A stretch of 14,957 nt of DNA from Fimbriimonadales bacterium. GTDB taxonomy: Bacteria > Armatimonadota > Fimbriimonadia > Fimbriimonadales > JABRVX01. The first letter of the stretch is position 1, and every line of letters starts with the position of its first letter. The notes beneath the pieces were generated by a model. It searched no databases, was not told the DNA's origin, and worked only from the letters and a program-made list of their open reading frames with translations. The stretch lies in the NCBI GenBank assembly GCA_045862955.1, contig BTVI01000062.1, positions 1-14,957 of the forward strand, read 5' to 3'. This document shows, piece by piece, positions 6,339 through 14,957 of the stretch. Position numbers and translations under genes: made by a program.

Positions 6339-8468
6339 GTGATTGCACGAAAACTTCTCACGATTCACCACACCCACCGCATCATGGAAACTCGGCAACA
6401 CTCGCGCTTAGAGTACTCCCCGGACACTGACGTCAAGTACGTGAAAGGCGTCGGTCCGTCCGTTGCCGAGAAGCTGAACAAGTTGGGCATCCATACTCTG
6501 CGCGACTTGCTGTACAACCTTCCGAAGCGGCACGAAGACCGTTCGCACTTCGCGCGTATTATCGACGTTCAGCCTGGCGCTCCGGTCACCGTGAAGGGCC
6601 GAGTGGAAGGCGCCGAGAACCAGCGCGTGCGATCCGGTCTGACCCTGACGAAGGCTTACCTGGACGACGGCACGGGCTACATCGGTCTCACCTTCTTCAA
6701 TCAGCCGTATCTTCGCGACCGACTAGCAAGGATCAAGGGTGAGATCATCGTCTACGGCATACCGCAAGAGGGGCGATGGGGGCTCGAGTTCAGCTCGCCC
6801 GAGTGGGAAGAGGTGGATGCCGAAGGAGACCAACTGGGTGCGGGGCGGCTCGTACCGATCTACGGGCTCACCGAGGGCCTCAACCAGAAGCGGCTGCGTA
6901 CCATCATGCACAACGCCGTGAACCGTCACGCCGGAGTCTTGCCCGAGGTGCTGCCCGCGTCGGTGCGAAAGCGACGGTCGCTCGCCCCGATCGCATGGGC
7001 CATCCGGCAGGCACATTTCCCGGACAGCGAGGAGCACTTCCGGCGGGCCAGGCAGCGTCTGGCATTCGAGGAGTTCTTCTTCCTTCAACTCATCCTCGCA
7101 ATCCGCCGCGCAGAAGCTGCTCAGAGGACCGGCATCGCCTTCGACATCCCGCCCGACTTCGTCAACCAAGTGAAGGGTTACATGCCGTTCGAACTCACTG
7201 CGGCTCAGAAGAGGGTGATCGAGGAGATCTGTGCCGACATGCGGCGCCCACGCCCGATGAATCGCCTCCTCCAAGGGGACGTCGGCTCCGGCAAGACTGC
7301 GGTCGCGGCCTGTGCCATCATCGCTGCCGCACGGTGCGGCTACCAGAGCGCCCTCATGGCACCGACGGAAATCCTAGCTGAGCAGCACGGAAGACTCCTT
7401 CGGGATCTGCTGGCGCCTGCAGGCGTGAGTGTGGAGCTACTCGTCGGCCGCCTGACCCCGAAAAAGAAGGAAGCGGCGCGCGAGCGGCTGCTGAGAGGCG
7501 AGGCGCACGTGGGAGTGGGCACGCATGCTCTGATCCAGGAAACCGTCGAGTTCCGCAACCTCGGGCTCGTGATCATTGACGAACAGCACCGGTTCGGCGT
7601 GATGCAGCGCGCCGCACTGATCCAGAAGGGAATCGCCGCCGACGTGCTTGTCATGACCGCGACTCCGATTCCACGCACGCTGACGATGACGCTGTACGGC
7701 GACCTCGCCGTGTCGGTGATCGATCAACTCCCTCCCGGCCGTCGCCCAGTGAAGACGCACTGGAAACGCACGGCGGAGCGAAACGCCGTGTACGAAGGCG
7801 TGCGCCAACTCGTCGGGCAAGGTCGGCAGGCGTTCATCGTGTGCCCTCTGATCACGGAATCCGAGCGCCTGCAGGTGCGCGCCGCAAAAGAGCTCTACGA
7901 GCGTCTTTCCACCACCGTCTTTCCAGAGTTTCGCGTCGGTCTGCTGCACGGGCAGATGCGAGGCGACGAGAAGGACAAGGTCATGACCAGCTTCCGCGAT
8001 AAGGAACTGGACATCCTCGTTGCCACCTCGGTTATCGAGGTGGGGGTAGACGTGCCGAATGCGGCCGTCATGGTCATCGAGGACGCTCAACGCTTCGGCC
8101 TCTCCCAACTGCACCAGCTCCGAGGACGGGTCGGTCGCTCCTCGGAACAAGCCTACTGCGTTCTGATAGCCGATGCCACCGACAACACCACCGAAGAGCG
8201 CCTGAGGATCATGACGCAGACGAACGACGGCTTCCGAATCGCCGAGGAGGACCTGCGGATCCGTGGGCCGGGCGAGATCTACGGCACCAAGCAGGCTGGA
8301 CTGCCGGACTTCCAGGTTGCAGACCTAGTCGCGGACAGAGCGATTCTGGAGGAAGCCCGCGACGAGGCGATTCGCTTGGTGGCGGAAGGAGACTCGTCCG
8401 AGCTTCGCGAGGCTTCGATGCACCTCACCGCAGCCCGAATGCGGTGGGGACTGGTGGAGGTGTCCTAA
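6339..8468 (+). CDS. recG: ATP-dependent DNA helicase RecG
   Basis: Motifs VKGVGP, wedge/OB region, RLAFEEFF, MNRLLQGDVGSGKT, MAPTEILAEQH, GTHAL, DEQHRFGV, MTATPIPRTL, GLSQLHQLRGRVGR, DGFRIAEEDLRIRGPGE; SD AGGAGG at 6328-6333 before the GTG. Confidence 0.98.
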   Translation: MIARKLLTIHHTHRIMETRQHSRLEYSPDTDVKYVKGVGPSVAEKLNKLGIHTLRDLLYNLPKRHEDRSHFARIIDVQPGAPVTVKGRVEGAENQRVRSGLTLTKAYLDDGTGYIGLTFFNQPYLRDRLARIKGEIIVYGIPQEGRWGLEFSSPEWEEVDAEGDQLGAGRLVPIYGLTEGLNQKRLRTIMHNAVNRHAGVLPEVLPASVRKRRSLAPIAWAIRQAHFPDSEEHFRRARQRLAFEEFFFLQLILAIRRAEAAQRTGIAFDIPPDFVNQVKGYMPFELTAAQKRVIEEICADMRRPRPMNRLLQGDVGSGKTAVAACAIIAAARCGYQSALMAPTEILAEQHGRLLRDLLAPAGVSVELLVGRLTPKKKEAARERLLRGEAHVGVGTHALIQETVEFRNLGLVIIDEQHRFGVMQRAALIQKGIAADVLVMTATPIPRTLTMTLYGDLAVSVIDQLPPGRRPVKTHWKRTAERNAVYEGVRQLVGQGRQAFIVCPLITESERLQVRAAKELYERLSTTVFPEFRVGLLHGQMRGDEKDKVMTSFRDKELDILVATSVIEVGVDVPNAAVMVIEDAQRFGLSQLHQLRGRVGRSSEQAYCVLIADATDNTTEERLRIMTQTNDGFRIAEEDLRIRGPGEIYGTKQAGLPDFQVADLVADRAILEEARDEAIRLVAEGDSSELREASMHLTAARMRWGLVEVS

Positions 8469-11245
8469 TGACGCTGCTGCGGTTAGTGGGGCTGGGCCTG
8501 TTCACGATGAGCGGGTTGCTAGCCGCCGCGGGAACGGATGCCCGGGTGCCGCTCGATCTGGGCGGCGGGGTTAGGCTGGTGCTCGAGCGTGTGGAGACCA
8601 TAGCTGGGACACCCCTGACGCCCGTCTCAGCAGCTCCGCTACCCGGCAAGCGAGAGTTTCGTTCGCTCGACGGCCGCCTTCATCTCACGCTCGAAGCTAA
8701 GCGGGTCGCCCCGGCGCAGTATGAGCTGCGATACCAGGGGACGTACTTCATTCGTGTCTTCGTCTCCCTCAGCGCGCCGGCTTCGGTCACAGGGCGCTGG
8801 GCGCCGTTCGCCTGCAGATTGCGCCCCGGGCGGAACCCCGATGTGGTGGTGACGGCCCTCGGTCCAGTCACCACGCCGCTGACGAACGCTCTCTACTGCC
8901 CCAAGTCGGATGTGGCTGTCGAGCTGACGGGCAGCGCGAGGATCGGAGGAGCAAGGCATGCGGACGCCGATGTGCTCGTTGCGGCATTGGACTCTTCCCG
9001 CACGCGCCTCGTCGTGGAGGTACATCGCGATTGGATGCGTCGGACGCAAGGCGTTGAGCATTACGCACCAATGGATTGGTCGCACTTCCAGGAGCCACAG
9101 ACCGGGTGGTGCAGTTGGTACCGTTACTACCTGGACATCTCGGAAGAGGAGGTGCTTCGCAACGCGCGCTGGGCCGCCGAGAATCTGAAACCCTACGGAC
9201 TGAAGTGGATCCAGCTCGACGACGGCTTCCAGGACTACCATAACGGGGGAGACCGCGACTGGGCAAGTCTCGACTCGAAGAAGTGGCCCCGCCCCATGTC
9301 CGAGATGTGTCGCGAGATTCGAGCACTGGGTCTTCTCCCCGGCTTGTGGCTGATCCCTCACACGCACTCGTCGGCGGTCTTCGTGCGGCAACATCCGGAC
9401 TGGTTCGTCCGCAACGAGCGTGGCGAGTTCGTCAATCCCGGCTGGGCAGGGAAGTACCTGTTGGATGTCTCGCAACCCGCTGTTCTGAACTACTTTGCGG
9501 GCATGTTTCGCGGCTTCAACGACATGGGCTTCCTCTACTACAAGATAGACGGCCAGCCAGCGGTTGCCGACCTGTATCGCGAGCACGCCGCGCGCTTGGC
9601 CAAGCCGAGCAGCCACCCCGACGAGGCATACAGAAAGTCGCTGGAAGTCATCCGCGAGGCCATCGGCAAAGACCGTTTTCTGCTCGGCTGCTATGGTACG
9701 CCGCTCCAGGGCATCGGCTACTTGGACGGCTCTCGCACCGGCGCGGACGTCGCCCCCGCGTGGCAAGGCTTCGGCCCAGCGCTCGATGCAACCATGCGCT
9801 GGTACTTCCTGAACGGGCTGGCGTGGTGGTGCGACCCCGACTGCCTGCTCGTCGACGAACCGCTGACCCTGCAACAAGCCCGGCTGTGGGCAACGCTATA
9901 TGCCGTGACTGGCCAGCACCTCATGCTGAGTGAAAGGCTGTACACCTTGCCACGCGAGCGCGTGGACGTGGTCAAAGCCGTGCTACCAGCGCAACGAATA
10001 CGTCCTTTGCACCTCTTTCCGTACACGAACAGGCCACGCATCTGGGACCTGAAAGTGGCCCACGACGGCATCCAATACGATGTGGTCGCCGCGTTCAACT
10101 GGGAAAGCGAGCCGTCGCGCCTCGTGGTGGATTTGGCCGACTTGGGGCTGGACGACGAGGCCTATCTCGCGTACTCCTTTTGGGAGGACCGTCCGCTCGG
10201 CCCGGTGCGGCACGGAATAGTGCTGGACCTCGCCCCGGCATCCTGCCGCGTGATCGTCCTTCGTCCGTTGAGACCGCGTCCAGACGTGATCGGTGTCAGC
10301 CGTCACGTGGTGGGCGACGCGGTGACCCTGGGGACCGTCGAGTGGGATGCGGCTACCAGCACGCTCTCCGGAACCGTGCAGGTCGCCAAAGAGGGAGATC
10401 CTGTCTCGCTGGTCCTGTGGACCGACGGGCGTCCCGTCTTGGGCAAGGAAGTAGCAGGCCGGTCCACAGAGGACCTGCCTGCGGCCCCCGGAATGGCTCG
10501 TCTGATAGTGCGCGGCAAGACGGGGGAGCGAGTGCCGTGGCGCGTGCGCTTCGGTCCCCGTGAAGCCCCGCCTCCGCTGCAGCCCATCGAAGGGCTGTCT
10601 GCCACTCCGGACGTCTTTACGGTCACCCTCGCGTGGGAGGAGGGAACTGGCAAGGCATATTTGGTGCGCAACAATGTGTTGCTGGGCATCGTCGAGGGAC
10701 GTCAGTTCGTGGACCGCGACGTGGAGCCGGACAAGGCGTATGAGTATCGTCTCTTCGTGCCCGACCCGCTGGACGGCCGCCTGACGGCGCTAGCGAGCGC
10801 CGTGACGACGCGTACGAAGCGGCCTGGCGACGCCTGGGCCGACACGCTTCCGTTCCGCGTGCTCCATCAGGGCTGGGGAACGCCGCAGCGAAGTCGTTCG
10901 GTGACGGGCAAGCAGATGTCCATCGCGGGTCAGGCCTTCGCGCGTGGCATCGGCACGCACGCCGAGTCCGAGCTGCGCTTCCGACTGTACCGCCTCTATT
11001 CCAAGTTCACGTCGTTTGTCGGTGTGGACGATGCGGCGGGAGGAAAGGGGTCGGTGCAGTTCCTCGTGATCGCTGACGGAAAGACGCTGTTCGACTCGGG
11101 GGTGATGCGCGGCGGCGAAGCTGCGAAGCCGGTGGACCTGGACGTGTACGGTGTGGACGAGCTTCGGCTCATCGTTCGTGACGGGGGTGACGGCATCGGC
11201 TTCGACCATGCGAACTGGGCGGATGCGAAGCTATGGGCGCAGTGA
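8468..11245 (+). CDS. Secreted alpha-galactosidase-like glycoside hydrolase (clan GH-D, GH36/GH27) with FN3-like region and C-terminal NPCBM/NEW2 carbohydrate-binding domain
   Basis: ATG overlaps the recG stop (TAATG) with SD GGAGG; signal-like MTLLRLVGLGLFTMSGLLAAAG; motifs GWCSW, IQLDDGFQ, PGLW, YYKIDG (nucleophile), RTGAD (acid/base), DPD; NPCBM signature RGIGTHA...FVGVDD...GSVQF...DHANWADAKL. Confidence 0.88.
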   Translation: MTLLRLVGLGLFTMSGLLAAAGTDARVPLDLGGGVRLVLERVETIAGTPLTPVSAAPLPGKREFRSLDGRLHLTLEAKRVAPAQYELRYQGTYFIRVFVSLSAPASVTGRWAPFACRLRPGRNPDVVVTALGPVTTPLTNALYCPKSDVAVELTGSARIGGARHADADVLVAALDSSRTRLVVEVHRDWMRRTQGVEHYAPMDWSHFQEPQTGWCSWYRYYLDISEEEVLRNARWAAENLKPYGLKWIQLDDGFQDYHNGGDRDWASLDSKKWPRPMSEMCREIRALGLLPGLWLIPHTHSSAVFVRQHPDWFVRNERGEFVNPGWAGKYLLDVSQPAVLNYFAGMFRGFNDMGFLYYKIDGQPAVADLYREHAARLAKPSSHPDEAYRKSLEVIREAIGKDRFLLGCYGTPLQGIGYLDGSRTGADVAPAWQGFGPALDATMRWYFLNGLAWWCDPDCLLVDEPLTLQQARLWATLYAVTGQHLMLSERLYTLPRERVDVVKAVLPAQRIRPLHLFPYTNRPRIWDLKVAHDGIQYDVVAAFNWESEPSRLVVDLADLGLDDEAYLAYSFWEDRPLGPVRHGIVLDLAPASCRVIVLRPLRPRPDVIGVSRHVVGDAVTLGTVEWDAATSTLSGTVQVAKEGDPVSLVLWTDGRPVLGKEVAGRSTEDLPAAPGMARLIVRGKTGERVPWRVRFGPREAPPPLQPIEGLSATPDVFTVTLAWEEGTGKAYLVRNNVLLGIVEGRQFVDRDVEPDKAYEYRLFVPDPLDGRLTALASAVTTRTKRPGDAWADTLPFRVLHQGWGTPQRSRSVTGKQMSIAGQAFARGIGTHAESELRFRLYRLYSKFTSFVGVDDAAGGKGSVQFLVIADGKTLFDSGVMRGGEAAKPVDLDVYGVDELRLIVRDGGDGIGFDHANWADAKLWAQ

Positions 11246-11665
11246 CGATTCCGTGAGTATCGCCTGAAGGATGTCTAGCAGGCACAAGGTCCCAACCATT
11301 CGACCCTCGCTGAGCACAGGGACGGTCTCTGCCGCCGCACCGAGCATGCGCAGCCCAGCGGCGGATGCCGGCTCACCGGGCTCCGCACACACGGTCGCCG
11401 GCGACATCCAGTCCGCGACGGGATCCTCAGCGCGCGACGCCACTCCTTCGGCAAGCGAAGCCGGCGCACCTTCCAGCGCGTGGAGCAGAACGTCGGATCG
11501 GCTCACGATGCCTACGACCGCCCTGTCGTCGTCCACCACCGGCAACGCCGTTACCTGGTAAAGGTGGATCTTGTCCAGGGCGTCGCGCAGCGTCGAACCA
11601 GGGTGCAGCGTGGGAACGTGGACCCGCATCACCTGCTGCACGGTAAGGGGCGGATGCTCTACCAT
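11231..11665 (-). CDS. CBS-domain pair protein
   Basis: Two CBS repeats: VQQVM...LPVVDDDRAVVGIVSRSDVL and VADWMS...VPVLSEGRMVGTLCLLDIL; overlaps the convergent hydrolase 3' end by 15 bp. Confidence 0.88.
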   Translation of the reverse strand: MVEHPPLTVQQVMRVHVPTLHPGSTLRDALDKIHLYQVTALPVVDDDRAVVGIVSRSDVLLHALEGAPASLAEGVASRAEDPVADWMSPATVCAEPGEPASAAGLRMLGAAAETVPVLSEGRMVGTLCLLDILQAILTESSLRP

Positions 11666-11712
11666 CTTCGGTCTCGTTATACCTGCCTGCGCGAAGGTAC
11701 GATGGCAAGACC

Positions 11713-12429
11713 ATGAGTGAATGGAAGGCAGCCATCATTGTCGGCACGGGCGCGTCGGCTTTCGGCGTGGGTCACGCCGAGGAGTTCACCGTCCCAACCC
11801 GCTTCGGAGAGGCGAGGCTTTCGCACGCCGACCTCGATGGCTTGCCAGTCTTGCTGCTGGCCCGCCACGGGGTGGGGCATCGCGTCCCTCCGCACCGAAT
11901 CAACTACCGCGCCAACGCCGAGGCACTTCGCGTGCTCGGGTGCGAGAGGTGCCTCGGCGTTGCAGCCGTGGGTAGTCTCCGGGAGGACTGGCCTGCCCGA
12001 ACCATCGCCGTGCCACACGACCTGCTGGACCTTTCCGGCCGTAACCTGACCATGCACGAGGACGAAGTGGTGCATACCGACTTCTCGCACCCATTCGACG
12101 AGGATCTGCGCGAGCGGCTGTTGGCAGCCTGCCCGCCCGAGACGAAGCGCGAGGCAGTGTACGTCAACGCCAACGGCCCTCGGTTCGAGAGCCCCGCCGA
12201 GGTTCGGATGATGCGTCTTCTAGGGGGCGATGTAGTCGGCATGACCGCAGGCACCGAGGCCATCGTCATGCGGGAGACTGGCATCCGCTACGCCCTCGTC
12301 TGCGCCGTGACCAACCTCGCATCGGGAGTGGGAACGGCTCCCGTAGATCATTCCCAGGTGTATGTGCAGATGAAGCAGTCCATGGGTGTGATTGCAGCGA
12401 TCCTCCGGGGTGCCATTTCGACCCTGTAG
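11713..12429 (+). CDS. mtnP: MTAP-family purine nucleoside phosphorylase (probably 6-oxopurine / methylthioinosine-specific)
   Basis: Motifs TRFG, LARHG..H..PPH.INYRAN, AVGSL, HTDFSHPF, GPRFESPAE, GGDVVGMT..TEA, VTNLA. Confidence 0.88.
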   Translation: MSEWKAAIIVGTGASAFGVGHAEEFTVPTRFGEARLSHADLDGLPVLLLARHGVGHRVPPHRINYRANAEALRVLGCERCLGVAAVGSLREDWPARTIAVPHDLLDLSGRNLTMHEDEVVHTDFSHPFDEDLRERLLAACPPETKREAVYVNANGPRFESPAEVRMMRLLGGDVVGMTAGTEAIVMRETGIRYALVCAVTNLASGVGTAPVDHSQVYVQMKQSMGVIAAILRGAISTL

Positions 12430-12433
12430 AGCT

Positions 12434-12463
12434 TTGCATTCCACAGTCGGCGTCGGCTATCAT
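12434..12463 (+). promoter_or_regulatory. Putative sigma70 promoter for guaA-hpt
   Basis: TTGCAT (12434-12439), 18-nt spacer, TATCAT (12458-12463); the ATG follows 11 nt later with no SD. Confidence 0.5.
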
Positions 12464-12474
12464 AGGCGCAACCC

Positions 12475-14004
12475 ATGAGCGACACCCGCCCTGCAGGCAT
12501 TGCGGTCCTGGATTTCGGCGGTCAGTACACCCAACTTATCGCCCGGCGCGTTCGCGAGTGTCGCGTGTTCTCCGAGATCGTCCCCTTCTCTACGGGTCCG
12601 GCGGACATCCGAGCGCGAGGGGCGCGAGGCGTGATCCTTTCAGGCGGACCCGAGAGCGTGTACGCCCTGAACGCCCCCAGACCCGACGGAGGGATCTTCA
12701 GCGTCGGCGTCCCTATCCTCGGCATATGTTACGGCCACCAGCTCATGGCGCATACGCTGGGTGGGGAGGTACGCCCTGCTGAGCGCGAGTTCGGCGCCGC
12801 CGAGCTGAACGCAAACCAATCGCGCCTTCTGCCAGAGGGAAAGCGCCGAGTGTGGATGAGCCATGGCGACCAGGTGCTGGCTGCCCCACATGGGTTCACC
12901 GTGACAGCCCAGACCCCCACCTGTCCGGTGGCCGCCATGGAGAACTGGGACTCCGGGCTGTATGGTGTGCAGTTCCATCCCGAAGTCTCGCACACGGAGG
13001 GTGGACAGGAAGTCATTCGCCGCTTCGTGCTGGAGGTGTGCGGGTGCCAGCCCACATGGACCCCGACCCGCCTCATTGACGAAGCCGTGGCAGAAATCAG
13101 AGAGAAGGTCGGCGCTGGGCGAGCTGTCTGTGCCGTGAGTGGTGGGGTGGATTCGTGTGTGGTAGCCGCACTGGCCTCTCGCGCTCTGGAAGACCGCCTC
13201 ACCTGCATCTTCGTGGACCACGGTCTGATGCGCCTCAACGAAGCGGATGAGGTGGAATCGGTCTTCCGTGAGCACTACGACTGCCGCTTCCTTAGAGTCG
13301 ACGCAGGCGAGCAGTTTCTGGGTGCGCTCGCAGGCGTGACCGAGCCCGAACAGAAGCGCAAGATCATAGGTGCGGAGTTCATCCGCGTGTTCGAGCGGCT
13401 GGCGAGCGAGGTGGGCGAGTGCGACTGGCTCATCCAGGGCACCCTGTATCCCGACGTCATCGAGAGCGGAAACCCGATGGCGGCCAAGATCAAGTCTCAC
13501 CATAACGTCGGAGGTCTGCCCGAGTGGATGCGCATCGGTGTGATCGAGCCGGTGCGCCTGCTATTCAAGGACGAGGTTAGGGAAGTGGGACGCGAGCTAG
13601 GTCTGCCCGAATCCATAGTGGAGCGGCAGCCTTTCCCCGGCCCGGGTCTAGCGGTGCGCATTCTGGGTGAGGTGACGCCTGAGCGTGTCAGAACCTTGCA
13701 GCAGGCTGATGCCATCGTGCGAGAGGAGCTGCGCGCGAGCGGCGTGTGGGACCAAGTGTGGCAGTCGTATGCGGCACTGCTCGACGTCCGCAGCGTGGGC
13801 GTTATGGGCGACGCCCGAACCTACGAGAATCCAGTGGTAGTGCGTGCGGTCGCCAGCGAGGACGCGATGACTGCGACTGCAGTGCGCGTTCCATGGGACA
13901 CGCTAGAGCGTATCGCAACCCGCATAGTGAACGAAGTGAAAGGGGTCAACCGGGTGCTCTATGACCTAACATCCAAGCCACCCGCGACCATCGAATGGGA
14001 ATGA
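12475..14004 (+). CDS. guaA: GMP synthase (glutamine-hydrolysing)
   Basis: Motifs [77 protein letters not shown] and C-terminal [10 protein letters not shown]. Confidence 0.99.
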   Translation: MSDTRPAGIAVLDFGGQYTQLIARRVRECRVFSEIVPFSTGPADIRARGARGVILSGGPESVYALNAPRPDGGIFSVGVPILGICYGHQLMAHTLGGEVRPAEREFGAAELNANQSRLLPEGKRRVWMSHGDQVLAAPHGFTVTAQTPTCPVAAMENWDSGLYGVQFHPEVSHTEGGQEVIRRFVLEVCGCQPTWTPTRLIDEAVAEIREKVGAGRAVCAVSGGVDSCVVAALASRALEDRLTCIFVDHGLMRLNEADEVESVFREHYDCRFLRVDAGEQFLGALAGVTEPEQKRKIIGAEFIRVFERLASEVGECDWLIQGTLYPDVIESGNPMAAKIKSHHNVGGLPEWMRIGVIEPVRLLFKDEVREVGRELGLPESIVERQPFPGPGLAVRILGEVTPERVRTLQQADAIVREELRASGVWDQVWQSYAALLDVRSVGVMGDARTYENPVVVRAVASEDAMTATAVRVPWDTLERIATRIVNEVKGVNRVLYDLTSKPPATIEWE

Positions 14005-14537
14005 GCGCATTGGAGACCAAGCCAGGACTCGAGGTGCTGATATCGGAGGAGCAGGTGCGCACACGTGTACGTGAGCTGGGAGCGGAGATATCGCGAGACT
14101 ATGAGGGTAGGGACCTGCTATTACTGGCAGTGCTAAAGGGCGCTGCCGTGTTTCTGGCAGATCTGCTCCGCGAGATCCATGGCAGTGTCACCTATGACTT
14201 TATGGCCACATCGAGCTACGGCACGGATACTAAGTCCTCGGGCGTGGTACGTCTGCTCAAGGACGTAGACAAAGGGCTCGCAGGGAGACACGTGCTGATC
14301 GTAGAGGATATCGTGGATACCGGCCTCACGCTGTCTTACCTGCTAGAGGTGCTGTCGCAGCGCGAGCCTGCCTCCCTGCGTGTGTGTACTCTGCTGGACA
14401 AACCTGCGCGTAGAGTGCAACCCGTGCAGATCGATTATTGCGGGTTCACCATCCCCGACCGCTTTGTGGTAGGCTACGGCCTGGATTACGACGAACAGTA
14501 CCGCAACCTGCCCTTCGTCGGCGCCCTTCCAGAATAG
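14001..14537 (+). CDS. hpt: Hypoxanthine(-guanine) phosphoribosyltransferase
   Basis: ATG overlaps the guaA stop (ATGA); motifs VLKGA..F.ADL, SSYG, PRPP-binding [34 protein letters not shown]. Confidence 0.98.
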   Translation: MSALETKPGLEVLISEEQVRTRVRELGAEISRDYEGRDLLLLAVLKGAAVFLADLLREIHGSVTYDFMATSSYGTDTKSSGVVRLLKDVDKGLAGRHVLIVEDIVDTGLTLSYLLEVLSQREPASLRVCTLLDKPARRVQPVQIDYCGFTIPDRFVVGYGLDYDEQYRNLPFVGALPE

Positions 14538-14957
14538 CCCTCCTTCTCCCTTCTCCACGGAAGAGGTCGGGATGCTGATCGCCTCACTCCCAACCAAGCC
14601 TTCGGCGCCTGTTTTCAGAGCCAAGACCCTCTCACCCCTTCCCCCTGGACAGGGGGAAGGGTGGGACGGGGGTCGCCTCTCTCCCAGCCAGGTCTTCTGC
14701 GACTCTTTGCAGGTCCACGGCCCTCCGGCCCCTTCCCCCTGGCCTGGGGGATGGCTGGGATGGGGGTCGTCTCTCTCCCAGCGAAGTCTTCTGCGACTAT
14801 TTGCAGGTCCAAGGCCATCTCACCCCTTCCCCCTGGACAGGGGGAAGGTTGGGAAGGGGGTCGTCTCTCTCTCACCGAAGTGTTCGGGGACTGTTTGCAG
14901 GTCCAAGACCATCCTACCCCTTCCCCCAGGCCAGGGGGAAGGTGGGGAAGGGGGTCG
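14538..14957. repeat. Tandem array with 94-bp period, each unit carrying a CCTTCCCCC-loop-GGGGGAAGG hairpin; truncated by the window end
   Basis: Units start at 14621, 14715, 14809 and 14903 (exactly 94 apart). 14581-14620 matches 14675-14714 as a degenerate preceding unit, with a decayed hairpin at about 14538-14580. Confidence 0.92.

Noticed and set aside
8639..9877. Long antisense ORFs (412 aa here; also 2440..3060, 7437..8150, 12640..13503)
   Set aside because: These are shadow ORFs opposite well-supported genes, expected in high-GC coding DNA, with no recognisable motifs.
14615..14875. 86-aa minus-strand ORF within the array
   Set aside because: Pro/Gly/Arg-rich translation of palindromic repeats whose period is not a multiple of 3.
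14538..14957. CRISPR array
   Set aside because: The whole 94-bp unit is repeated with no unique spacers, and there are no cas genes in the window.

Overview
GC-rich bacterial chromosomal window with no integrase, transposase or cas genes. From left to right it holds: a duplicated palindromic (REP-like) element; a small membrane protein; tRNA-Ser(CGA) and tRNA-Arg(CCT); a c-di-AMP (ydaO/yuaA-type) riboswitch upstream of a divergent asparagine-synthetase-family gene that appears to have lost its glutaminase nucleophile (Cys1->Ser); a minus-strand cluster of an ECF sigma factor, a zinc-binding membrane anti-sigma and three tandem paralogous membrane-anchored proteins of unknown family; recG coupled to a secreted GH36-like alpha-galactosidase with an NPCBM domain; a CBS-pair protein; a purine-salvage cluster (MTAP/PNP-family phosphorylase, guaA, hpt); and a 94-bp-period hairpin tandem array running off the right edge. 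The best candidates for undescribed biology are the riboswitch-controlled degenerate AsnB, the ECF/anti-sigma/triple-paralog module and the 94-bp array. All alignments were done by eye.
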